Assembly (NCBI GenBank): GCA_038128265.1
Contig: JAYPJE010000044.1
Location: 1 to 36,348, forward strand
Direction of reading: 5' to 3'
DNA from: Gemmatimonadota bacterium
GTDB lineage: Bacteria > Latescibacterota > UBA2968 > UBA8231
Length of the DNA: 36,348 bases
How positions within the stretch are numbered: position 1 is the stretch's first letter; each line of letters begins with the position of its first letter. The position numbers were made by a program, and so were the translations under genes. The notes beneath the pieces were generated by a model that was not told the origin of the DNA, did not search any database, and was given only the letters and a program-made list of their open reading frames with translations. Below are positions 9,925-18,904 of the stretch, piece by piece.

Positions 9925-11421
9925 ATGCGCTTCGTCAAAGGGATGAAGTGGCCCGTTTTAATCCTCGCCCTGTGTGCGTGCGGGCAGCGGGAAGAGGTGC
10001 TTGTAGCGCCCCCGATGACCGAGGTGCCATCCGCATCCGTAGATTCGACGATTAAGGGCGCCGTTGGTCCATCCGATGCGGCACTCGCATGGCGCGATTG
10101 GGCTGAATGGGTTTCCAATCGGGTTGGCTCTGAACGTCCGGTGCTCTTTTACGTTGCGGCGACCGGCTGCGAGGGACTGTTTGCCGAGCCCTCTCCCCTG
10201 CTGCGCGAATTGGTTGAAGAGCGGTACATCGGCGTGAAAGTCGCGCCCTTTACGTGGCCCGATGCGGTGCGTTACCTGCGTCCTGGAGGGTGCCCATCGC
10301 TGGTCGTCGCGTCCCCCGAAGGACAGATTGTGGCGCGCGCCACGGATATTCCGCCGCGCCACGTCGAGTCCTACTTGCTCCGCATTTGGGACGCTTTTGA
10401 AAAGGGACTGGTTGCGCTGGGCCGCTCCGACGCACCGGAGGCGAACGTGCAGCGCATTCGCCCGGAACAGGTGCATCAGGCCCTGCTCTCGGCCTACGAT
10501 GGGCGGCACGGAGGCCTGTTCGGTCCGCAGAAATTTCTGCACGCGCGTGCCCTACGCTTCCTTTGGCAGCGCACCGCACATACGGGCGATGCGCCGGCTC
10601 GCCGCGCCGTCGAACATTCGGTGGCGGCATTTCTCGGCTCGCCCCTGCGCGATGGCAATAGCGGGGGATTGGCCCTGTATTCTCACACGCCCGATTGGCT
10701 ACAGCCGGCAGCGGAGAGAGATGGGCTCTACCAGGCCGAGGCGGTGCAGCTGCTCTTGGACGTCGGTGAATACGACGCCGCACTCGCCTGGCTGGACTAC
10801 GTCGATAGCCAACTGCGCGATCGCTCTACTGGTATGCTGTATGGGCGGCAGGTGCAACGGCGCGACGGCAGTTGGTGGACGGATACCGACCCCTATGTCG
10901 ATCGCATCGCTGCTTTGGCGCTTGCGCTGGTGCGCCTGGCCGAAGAGCGAAGCAACGCCAGAGCGGCCGCTATCGCGAGGGATGCCGTGCGCTACGTGGT
11001 TGATCGCTGTATCGACGAGCGGGGTGCCGTGCGTCATGCGTGTGCTGAATTGGGCCCGCAGGGCCTGTTGGTCGATCAGGCGATGGTGGCGCTCATGCTG
11101 CAGACTTGGATTCGTAGAGAAGGTGATGCGTCGGCCGCTGCCGCTATGGAGCGCGTTGTGGCCTTTGCCGAAGAGCGCCTCTACGCGCCCGAACGCGGCC
11201 TCTTTGCGGCTGGTTTGGATTGGCCTGCAGAAGGCGATTTTTCCGCTGTTGACGACGGGTATCCGGTGGGCAATGCACTGATGGCCGAGTGGTACTATAC
11301 CCGCGGCGACCGGGCGCGCGCCGATCAACTGGTCGATGCTGCGCGCTTTCTCGACGGTGAATACAGAGTGGCCGCGCACTGGGCGTGGCTGCAGGTTGCA
11401 CACGGAGCGTCCGAACGATAA
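9925..11421 (+). CDS. Divergent YyaL/SPATA20 (DUF255 thioredoxin + alpha/alpha-barrel)-like protein, putative lipoprotein
   Basis: Relics of family motifs: YIGVKV..WPD..GGCP, YDGRHGG..PQKF, GGLALYS..DWLQP, GLLVDQA and DDGYPVGNA. N-terminal MKWPVLILALCAC signal/lipobox (alternative start 9943). Confidence 0.65.
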   Translation: MRFVKGMKWPVLILALCACGQREEVLVAPPMTEVPSASVDSTIKGAVGPSDAALAWRDWAEWVSNRVGSERPVLFYVAATGCEGLFAEPSPLLRELVEERYIGVKVAPFTWPDAVRYLRPGGCPSLVVASPEGQIVARATDIPPRHVESYLLRIWDAFEKGLVALGRSDAPEANVQRIRPEQVHQALLSAYDGRHGGLFGPQKFLHARALRFLWQRTAHTGDAPARRAVEHSVAAFLGSPLRDGNSGGLALYSHTPDWLQPAAERDGLYQAEAVQLLLDVGEYDAALAWLDYVDSQLRDRSTGMLYGRQVQRRDGSWWTDTDPYVDRIAALALALVRLAEERSNARAAAIARDAVRYVVDRCIDERGAVRHACAELGPQGLLVDQAMVALMLQTWIRREGDASAAAAMERVVAFAEERLYAPERGLFAAGLDWPAEGDFSAVDDGYPVGNALMAEWYYTRGDRARADQLVDAARFLDGEYRVAAHWAWLQVAHGASER

Positions 11422-12338
11422 TGAAGATCATCGTGACCGGAGCACATGGGTTTTTGGGTCGGTGCCTGCTCGGACTAGGGAGCCAACACGAACGGATTGG
11501 CTGGTCGCGCGCAAGCGGCTCCGTCGAGGGGGTGTTCTGCCATCAGGTCGACCTGTTCGACCGCGGGGCGCTGACGGATCTGTTGGATGATATTCGTCCG
11601 GATTGGGTAATCAACACGGCGGCAATCACCGACGTCGATGGCTGCGAGCTCGACCCCGATGCGGCGCGCACGGTCAACGTCGATATGGTGGCGAATTTGG
11701 TTGCCGCCTGTGATGCAACGGGCGTAGGGCTAGCCCATATTTCTACGGACTACGTATTTGACGGCACGTGCGGTCCCTACGGAGAGGGGGACGATACCGC
11801 GCCGCTTTCTCGGTATGGCGCGCTCAAGCTAGAGAGCGAGCACCTAGTGCTGGATGGACTGGCGCGCGGCATGGTCGTGCGCACGATGTGGCTGTACGGG
11901 TACGTTGCTGGGGCGCGTCCTAATATGATTACGTGGCCGCTGTCCACGCTGGCGCGCGGCGATGCGCTGGAAATCGTCGCCGATCAGTGGGGCAATCCGA
12001 CCTACGGTCCCGATTTGGCACACGCGCTGGTCGAGCTATGTGCGGGCGAGGCCACGGGGCTGTGGCACGTGGGGGGGGGCAGCTTTATGACGCGCTACGA
12101 ACAGGTGGTAGAGCTGGCGTCGTTCTTCCACTTCGATGCCGACCGCATTGGTCAGACTACGACGGCAGCGCTGGCCCAGCCAGCCAGCCGGCCACTGCGC
12201 TCGGGGCTGTGCACCGAGGCGGTCGAGAAACAGCTGGGGTGGAAACCAACGACGTTTGTGCAGAGTTTGGAAGATTTGCTGCGCAACGAGCGCTTTCGCC
12301 AAGACCATGCATACCTATTTGAGTCCCGAAAGCTATGA
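11421..12338 (+). CDS. rfbD: dTDP-4-dehydrorhamnose reductase (RmlD/RfbD family)
   Basis: TGAHGFLG, INTAAITDVDGCE, HISTDYVFDG, YGALK, DQWGNPT and A.RP..S.L motifs. ATG overlaps the upstream TAA. Confidence 0.85.
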   Translation: MKIIVTGAHGFLGRCLLGLGSQHERIGWSRASGSVEGVFCHQVDLFDRGALTDLLDDIRPDWVINTAAITDVDGCELDPDAARTVNVDMVANLVAACDATGVGLAHISTDYVFDGTCGPYGEGDDTAPLSRYGALKLESEHLVLDGLARGMVVRTMWLYGYVAGARPNMITWPLSTLARGDALEIVADQWGNPTYGPDLAHALVELCAGEATGLWHVGGGSFMTRYEQVVELASFFHFDADRIGQTTTAALAQPASRPLRSGLCTEAVEKQLGWKPTTFVQSLEDLLRNERFRQDHAYLFESRKL

Positions 12339-13042
12339 CGGATCAGAAACTGAGCGTCTCGCTCATTACGCCCACCTATAATGAGAGCGAAAATGTGCCC
12401 ATTCTCGCCCAAGAGATTTTCTCGATTATCGAACCTGAGTCCGATATTGACCTGGAGCTTATTGTGGTCGATGACAACTCGCCCGACGGCACGGGTGCGG
12501 TTGCCGAGGGACTGAGAGACCAGTATCCACTCCAGGTCGTGCATCGGGCGGGGAAATTGGGGCTGGGGTCGGCGGTTATGGAGGGGTTTGCCCTTTCCAA
12601 ACGCGACTACATCGGCGTAATCGATGCGGACCTGAGTCACGATCCGGCCATTTTGCCCCAGCTAATTCGCGGCCTGCGGGAATTCGATATTACCATTGGC
12701 AGCCGCTTTGGCGAGACGAGCAAGGTCGAAAAATGGGCGCTACATCGCCGACTGACTTCGCTGACGGGCGTTGGATTGGCGCGTCTGCTCACGGGCGTAG
12801 AAGACCCGCTATCCGGGTATTTCTTTCTGCACCGCAAGGGATTGGGAGACTTGGAGCTAACGTCGGCTGGCTATAAGATTCTGTTGGAGATTTTGGTCAA
12901 GGGGCGCATCGAGACGCATCTGTCCGTGCCCTTTATTTTTCGCAACAGGCAGTTCAGCAAGAGCAAGCTGAATGCCAAAGAGTACTTTCTGTTTGCCAAG
13001 CAGCTACTCTACTTCAGCGCCTACAAACTGTTCAAATCCTAG
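12335..13042 (+). CDS. Polyprenol monophosphomannose synthase (DPM1-like GT2)
   Basis: PTYNESEN, VDDNSPDGT, GKLGLGSA, DADLSHDP, GSRF, DPLSGYF and GYKILLEIL motifs. Confidence 0.9.
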   Translation: MTDQKLSVSLITPTYNESENVPILAQEIFSIIEPESDIDLELIVVDDNSPDGTGAVAEGLRDQYPLQVVHRAGKLGLGSAVMEGFALSKRDYIGVIDADLSHDPAILPQLIRGLREFDITIGSRFGETSKVEKWALHRRLTSLTGVGLARLLTGVEDPLSGYFFLHRKGLGDLELTSAGYKILLEILVKGRIETHLSVPFIFRNRQFSKSKLNAKEYFLFAKQLLYFSAYKLFKS

Positions 13043-13060
13043 CGAGAGCTATGGTGCCCC

Positions 13061-14743
13061 ATGCAGCTTAGCATCGTCCTTCTAAGCTATAACACGCGCG
13101 ACCTCACGGAGCAGGCGCTGCACTCGGTCTGTGCCGCGATTGGAGATATCGAAGCCGAGATCTTTGTGGTTGACAATGCGTCGCGCGACGGCAGTGCCGA
13201 TATGGTTGAGGAGAAGTTTCCCGACGTGCACCTGCTGCGCAACCCGTCTAATACGGGTTTTGCCGCCGGCAATAATGTGGCACTGCGCCAGGTGCGCGGT
13301 CGCTACGTGCTGCTGCTGAACACCGACACCATCGTCCGCACCGATACGTTTAGCTGCCTAGTCCACTTTATGGAGGAGCATCCAGAAGCCGGTGCCGTTG
13401 GGTGCAAGATTCTCAATCCCGATGGCACGCTGCAGCTAGACAGCCGCCGCGGTTTTCCCACGCCTTTGGCCGCGTTCTGCAAAATGTCTGGCCTAAGCCG
13501 CTTGTTTCCTCAACACCCGTCTATTGCGCGCTACAATATGACTTTTCTCGATGACGACCAGTGTGCGGAAGTCGAGGTGTTGTCCGGGTCGTGCATGTTG
13601 GTTCGCAAAGACGCTATGGACGAAGTGGGCCTGCTCGACGAAGACTACTTCATGTACGGCGAGGACATCGACTGGTGCTATCGCATCCATCGGGCGGGGT
13701 GGAAGATATACTACGTGCCCGACACCGCCATCGTGCATTTTCGCGGCGAGAGCGGACGCGGCGTGCCGCTGCGCATTCTCTATCGCAAGAGCAAGGCGAT
13801 GTCGATTTTTGTCGACAAGCACATGAGAGATCGCTACCGCTTTTTCCCCCCCTCAATCTTACACGTGGGTATCGCGCTCTACGGTGTGTTTCGCTTTGTC
13901 GTGAAAGCGCTGCGCGTGATGGCCCTGCCGCTGGTTGATGCGGCGCTGATCGTTGGCGGTTTGCACCTGGGGATTGCCGTGCGCTACCACGAGAACCTGG
14001 CGCCGTTTATTCGCCAGGTCGAGCAGCTAAGCAACCAGATCGGCCTGCAGGTAGAGCCGACGCGTTGGCTAACGCTTCCGCCCTACACGCAAGCGGAGTG
14101 GCTCACCGTATACGCCGTCTCTACTCTGATATGGCTCGTTTCGTTTGGCGCACTGGGCCTCTACGGACGCAAGCGCTATTCGCCATCGTGGGCAACTGTC
14201 GGCGTTTCATTGGGCTTTGCCGCTATTCTCACGCTGGTATTCTTCTTTAAAGGCTACAACTTTTCACGCCTTGCGGCCGGTGCCGCCTGGGCATGTAATG
14301 TGGTCTTACTGGCCGGTTGGCGCTTTGGCGTGCGCTGGTTGGGCCGCCAGCGCGGAACGCAGCGCGAGCGCGAGCGCGTGTTGTTGGTTGGAACCAACGC
14401 ACAGGCCCAACACTTTGTGGAGAGCTGGAACGATAGAGGCTATGCGACGAGCGACCTATTAGGCGTCGTGCACACGGAAGATATAGACGCGCCGCTGTCG
14501 TTTGCTGGCCGCCCCGTCGTGGGCCACCACGCTCAGCTGGAAACGCTGCTCGATGCATATGAGGTGGATGCGTTAATTTTTGTTCCGGGCACCTTGTCGC
14601 TGGCGTTGGAACACATGCAGGGGCGCTGGGGCCGGCGCGACCTGCGCGTTTGCATGGTGCCATTGGGATTTGCCAGTATGAACGACGAGTCGATGCGTTC
14701 ATCTGGGCAGCTGCCGCTGGTAGAAATACTGCCTTCTAACTGA
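13061..14743 (+). CDS. GT2 glycosyltransferase (WbbL-like) fused to a transmembrane segment and a Rossmann-like (CoA-binding-type) domain
   Basis: VVDNASRDGS, GFAAGNN, LLLNTD, FMYGEDIDWC and HFRGES motifs, then 4-5 TM helices with FSR, then RVLLVG...VVG. Confidence 0.85.
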   Translation: MQLSIVLLSYNTRDLTEQALHSVCAAIGDIEAEIFVVDNASRDGSADMVEEKFPDVHLLRNPSNTGFAAGNNVALRQVRGRYVLLLNTDTIVRTDTFSCLVHFMEEHPEAGAVGCKILNPDGTLQLDSRRGFPTPLAAFCKMSGLSRLFPQHPSIARYNMTFLDDDQCAEVEVLSGSCMLVRKDAMDEVGLLDEDYFMYGEDIDWCYRIHRAGWKIYYVPDTAIVHFRGESGRGVPLRILYRKSKAMSIFVDKHMRDRYRFFPPSILHVGIALYGVFRFVVKALRVMALPLVDAALIVGGLHLGIAVRYHENLAPFIRQVEQLSNQIGLQVEPTRWLTLPPYTQAEWLTVYAVSTLIWLVSFGALGLYGRKRYSPSWATVGVSLGFAAILTLVFFFKGYNFSRLAAGAAWACNVVLLAGWRFGVRWLGRQRGTQRERERVLLVGTNAQAQHFVESWNDRGYATSDLLGVVHTEDIDAPLSFAGRPVVGHHAQLETLLDAYEVDALIFVPGTLSLALEHMQGRWGRRDLRVCMVPLGFASMNDESMRSSGQLPLVEILPSN

Positions 14744-16518
14744 TGGAGTCTGGGAAGTTGGCCAGGAGAAATTGGACCGGTTCGACGGCGCGTTGGCCCC
14801 TGTTTGCGGCGATTGTCGTCGTGGCCTATGCCTTTTCCGGATTGCGTTCCGGTGCGGCGCGCGAAGGCGGCGAGAGCCTCGATGTCGTGTTTGAGGTGCG
14901 CGACCGCATTCATCGCGACTACGTCGACCCCGTGGATAGCCTGCGCGTTGTCGATAGCGGCATCGATGGCCTGCTAGAGGCGCTGGCGGAGCAGGGGGAA
15001 AAGCTCGCTCTAGAGCGCGATTGGCCGCGCGATCATCCCGGCGATCGCGCGCAGCGACGGCGCATGATCGATACGTTTGACCGCGCCGCGCACGGCTATC
15101 CAGAGGGCGTCTTGCCCGACTCGCTAATGCGCAGTGCGATATGGGGTATGCTCTCAGCGCTCGACCCCCACTCTAGCTATTTGGATGCCGTTGATTACGA
15201 GGATATGGTCGAGCGTTTCCGCGGCGACTTTGAGGGTATCGGTATCTATTTCGAGGTGCGCGACGGCAAGCTGCTGGTTATTTCCCCCATAGTCGGGTCA
15301 CCATCCCATGGCAAGCTGCGCGCGGGCGATCACATTGCGGAAATTGAGGGCGTGTCGACGCAGGGTATTAGCACCGAAGACGTGATGGACAAACTGCGCG
15401 GCGCGCGCGGTTCGCTTGTACGCGTTGCCGTGCGGCGACAGGGGCGAGACGAGCTGCAGCGCTACACCATTCGCCGCGACCGCGTCGAAATTCGCAGCGT
15501 GCCCTACGCCTACATGCTCGAACCGGGCGTTGGCTATGTGCGCGTGGTGCGCTTTGCCGAGACGACGGCAGACGAACTCGAACGCGCACTGGATTCACTG
15601 CATGCCCGCGGCATGCGCGAGCTGATTTTAGATCTGCGCGACAATGGAGGCGGTCTGTTGGACCAGGCCGTAGAAGTGGCCGACTTTTTTTTGGACGCCG
15701 GCCAGCTGATCGTCTATACCGAAGGCAGAGGGGGCACGCGGCAGGAGTACCGCGCACGCCATAGCCTGAGCAAAACCATGCCCCTAGTCGTGTTGATAGA
15801 CCACGGCAGCGCGAGCGCTTCCGAAATCGTCGCCGGTGCCGTGCAGGATTTGGATATGGGCATCGTTGCCGGGCAGACCAGCTTTGGCAAGGGGTTGGTG
15901 CAGGGGCAATTTCCGCTGCGCAGCAACGGCGGCTTGCTCCTGTTGACCGTGGCGCGCTATTATACGCCGCTGGGCCGGCTTATTCAGCGACCTTACAGCG
16001 ACGACGTGCACGCCTACTACGAAGAGGGTATCGACGATGTCGATCCCAACAGCGTCGATAGCTTGCGCGTTGGCAAAGCCGTTTTTCGCACGCAGCTGGG
16101 CCGCGCCGTCTATGGCGGCGGTGGCATAACGCCCGACGTTATTTTGCCGGCAGAGGTGTACTCCGACTTTGCGGTAGATGTATTTGGTGAGGGCTACTTG
16201 GCTGATTTTTGCGGCTATTGGGTGGGAGCGCACAGCGATTGGCCCACCGATTTTCCAGAGTATCTATCGACGTATGAAGTCGAGGGAAAAACGCTGGATG
16301 CGTGGGAGTCCTTTCTGGTGGAAAGAGCGTCCGATGTAGCCGATTCTACCCTCGTCGAGCACCGAGATTTCGCCCGTGCCGAACTCAAGGCGGGCTTTGC
16401 CCGCGTGCTCTGGGGAGAAGAGGAGTACTACCGCGTCCACCTCGAGTCAGATGAGCAGGTTGGAGCGGCTCTGGTCGAGCTGTCTAATGCCGCGGAATTA
16501 GTCCGCCGACGCTATTGA
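14743..16518 (+). CDS. ctpA: S41 carboxyl-terminal processing protease
   Basis: LDPHSSY, PDZ domain (FEGIGI..GDHI), LDLRDNGGGLL, SASASE (Ser), FGKG (Lys), ARYYTP.GR.IQ and GGGGITPD motifs. Confidence 0.95.
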   Translation: MESGKLARRNWTGSTARWPLFAAIVVVAYAFSGLRSGAAREGGESLDVVFEVRDRIHRDYVDPVDSLRVVDSGIDGLLEALAEQGEKLALERDWPRDHPGDRAQRRRMIDTFDRAAHGYPEGVLPDSLMRSAIWGMLSALDPHSSYLDAVDYEDMVERFRGDFEGIGIYFEVRDGKLLVISPIVGSPSHGKLRAGDHIAEIEGVSTQGISTEDVMDKLRGARGSLVRVAVRRQGRDELQRYTIRRDRVEIRSVPYAYMLEPGVGYVRVVRFAETTADELERALDSLHARGMRELILDLRDNGGGLLDQAVEVADFFLDAGQLIVYTEGRGGTRQEYRARHSLSKTMPLVVLIDHGSASASEIVAGAVQDLDMGIVAGQTSFGKGLVQGQFPLRSNGGLLLLTVARYYTPLGRLIQRPYSDDVHAYYEEGIDDVDPNSVDSLRVGKAVFRTQLGRAVYGGGGITPDVILPAEVYSDFAVDVFGEGYLADFCGYWVGAHSDWPTDFPEYLSTYEVEGKTLDAWESFLVERASDVADSTLVEHRDFARAELKAGFARVLWGEEEYYRVHLESDEQVGAALVELSNAAELVRRRY

Positions 16519-16575
16519 TTTTTATTCGACTTATGCGTATTGTGAACGCTGGTTTCTATTCGGAGATTATCAGCT

Positions 16576-17277
16576 ATGTCAGGAATTGAAGTAGCGGGTG
16601 GCAAGAAGATCATTCTGCCGATGAGTCGCGCAGTGGAGATCAGCCTGCGCAGCCTAAAGATTCGCTTTGGCCGTTCGTTGATTACGACCAGCGGCGTGGT
16701 GTTGGCTATTGCGTTTCTCATGTCGGTGTGGAGCAGTAATGAAATTGTCTCCAGCCTGCGCGATGTTAATAAGAGCGAAATCAATCTGCTTCTGCAGAAA
16801 AAGGGTGTGGAGACGGGCCTGACCGACGGCGGAGCGGAGTCGGAAGAGTCCAAGGCGCGCCTCCAGGAAGAGCAATCCAAGCAGATGTGGCTGATTGGCC
16901 TGTCGCTGTTGGTATGCGTAGTGGGCATTGCCAACGCCATGCTGATGTCCGTCACCGAGCGCTTTCGCGAGATCGGAACGATGAAGTGTTTGGGCGCGCT
17001 CGATTCGTTTATCGTCAAACTCTTTCTGCTGGAGTCGACCTTTCAGGGCGTCGCTGGCACCATGGCTGGCATCACCATCGGCTTTTTGCTGACGCTCGGT
17101 CTCGCTCTGCTCGACTACGGCGGCTTTGTGCTGGATTACTTTCCGATGGCTGGCATCGTAGAGTCGGCGTTTTACGCGCTGATTGCCGGCACCGTACTCT
17201 CGCTGATTGGCGCCATGCTGCCGGCCTACCGCGCGGCCAAGATGGAACCGGTCGAAGCAATGCGATCCGATACCTAA
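16576..17277 (+). CDS. FtsX/MacB-like ABC permease (short, 4 TM)
   Basis: RSLITTSGV, NAMLMSVTERFREIGTMKCLGA and PAYRAAKMEPVEAMR motifs. Confidence 0.9.
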   Translation: MSGIEVAGGKKIILPMSRAVEISLRSLKIRFGRSLITTSGVVLAIAFLMSVWSSNEIVSSLRDVNKSEINLLLQKKGVETGLTDGGAESEESKARLQEEQSKQMWLIGLSLLVCVVGIANAMLMSVTERFREIGTMKCLGALDSFIVKLFLLESTFQGVAGTMAGITIGFLLTLGLALLDYGGFVLDYFPMAGIVESAFYALIAGTVLSLIGAMLPAYRAAKMEPVEAMRSDT

Positions 17278-17296
17278 TCTCACGAGGAAACCACAG

Positions 17297-18070
17297 ATGA
17301 GTCAGGCGCAAGAACAGGCGGGCACGACGGTTGGGGCTGAGGAACAGCGCACAGTTGTGCGCACGCAGCAGGTGAAGAAGCTCTACAAGATGGGCGAGAT
17401 TGAAGTCCACGCCCTGCGCGGCGTAGATATGGAAATCTACACCGGTGAATACCTCTCGATCATGGGTCCTTCTGGTTCGGGTAAGAGCACCTTCTTCAAC
17501 ATGGTTGGTGGCTTGGACAAGCCGTCTGAGGGCAAGGTGTATATCGACGAAGTCGACGTGGCTCAACTCGACGCCTACGAACTGGCTTGGCTGCGCTGTC
17601 GCAAGATTGGCTATATCTTCCAGTCGTTCAACCTGATCCCCGTTATGACGGCGTTGGAAAACGTCACCCTGCCCATGGTTTTTGCCGGCTTGACCAGCGA
17701 TGAGGCGCGCGACAAGGGCATGGAATTGCTCAAGAAAGTAGGGCTGGGTGAGCGCTATGCGCACAAGCCAAATGAGCTGTCTGGCGGTCAGCAGCAGCGC
17801 GTGGCCGTGGCGCGTGCCCTGGCCAACGATCCGGCCGTCGTGCTGGCCGATGAGCCGACGGCAAACCTCGACCTGCGCACCGGCACGGAAATAATCGAGT
17901 TGCTGCGCGAAATGAACAACGACTCGGGAGTGACGATTATTTCGGCGACGCACGACCACAAAATGCTCAGCGTTTCGGATCGAGTCGTTTGGGTCAAAGA
18001 CGGCCAGGTAGATCGCGTTGCCAAACGCGAAGACCTTGATATCGAGGTGACACACGTAGAAGGCGAGTAG
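17297..18070 (+). CDS. ABC transporter ATP-binding protein (LolD/MacB family)
   Basis: GPSGSGKST, FQSFNL, LSGGQQQRV, LADEPTANLD and ATHD motifs. GAGGA RBS before ATG 17297. Confidence 0.95.
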   Translation: MSQAQEQAGTTVGAEEQRTVVRTQQVKKLYKMGEIEVHALRGVDMEIYTGEYLSIMGPSGSGKSTFFNMVGGLDKPSEGKVYIDEVDVAQLDAYELAWLRCRKIGYIFQSFNLIPVMTALENVTLPMVFAGLTSDEARDKGMELLKKVGLGERYAHKPNELSGGQQQRVAVARALANDPAVVLADEPTANLDLRTGTEIIELLREMNNDSGVTIISATHDHKMLSVSDRVVWVKDGQVDRVAKREDLDIEVTHVEGE

Positions 18071-18852
18071 TGCTACCGGACTATTCGGCGGACGTGTGGA
18101 CGTGCGCCGTGTGTGCCGTTTTGCTAATGGGCGTAGCCAAGGCGGGTTTTGGCGGCGGCATTGGCATCGTAGCCACGCCGCTGTTGGCCCTAGTCATGCC
18201 GGTGGCCGATGCGGCAGCGCTGATGCTGCCGCTGCTTATCGCCTGTGACGTATTTGCCATTCGCCACTACTACAACTGTTTTGACGGCAAAAGCGTAAAG
18301 CGGCTTCTGCCCGGCGCCTTTTTGGGCATTGGGGCAGGGGCCTTCTTTTTTGGCTATTTCAGCCAGCACGAGCGCGTATTAGAAATGGGGTTGGGCATTT
18401 TGGCCCTGCTCTTTGTAGCGTTCCAAATTGCACGTGCCTTTGTATTGGGCGTAGTGGAAAAGCGGGATCCCGGTGCCCCAGAGGGAGTGCTGATGGGCAT
18501 GATTTCGGGCTTTACTTCGACCATCGCCCACGCCGGGGCGCCGCCCGTAGTGGTCTACCTATTGCCCCAGCAGCTTCCGCGTCAGCGTTTCGTCGGCACT
18601 ACAGTCGTTTTCTTTGCCGCGCTCAACCTGATCAAAGTGCCGCCTTATTGGGGGCTGGGTCTGTTTCACTACGACATATTTAAAATGACGCTGCTGCTCT
18701 CTCCATTGGCGTATGTAGGCGTCAAATTAGGCGTATTTCTCAACGCGCGCTTTACCGATGTATGGTTTAATCGCGTAGTCTACGGCGTGCTCGTGCTGAT
18801 GGCCGCACAGCTTATTGCCGGAGCTAGCCTGCTGAATTTGCTGCTGGGTTAG
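18070..18852 (+). CDS. TauE/SafE (TSUP) family sulfite/anion exporter
   Basis: KAGFGGG, LPLLIACD, SGFTST.AHAGAPP and NLIKVPPY motifs; about 8 TM helices. Confidence 0.9.
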   Translation: MLPDYSADVWTCAVCAVLLMGVAKAGFGGGIGIVATPLLALVMPVADAAALMLPLLIACDVFAIRHYYNCFDGKSVKRLLPGAFLGIGAGAFFFGYFSQHERVLEMGLGILALLFVAFQIARAFVLGVVEKRDPGAPEGVLMGMISGFTSTIAHAGAPPVVVYLLPQQLPRQRFVGTTVVFFAALNLIKVPPYWGLGLFHYDIFKMTLLLSPLAYVGVKLGVFLNARFTDVWFNRVVYGVLVLMAAQLIAGASLLNLLLG

Positions 18853-18904
18853 AGGTGCCAACTGGTGTCCAAAGCGCGCGCGAACACAGGACAGGAGGTG
18901 CAGT

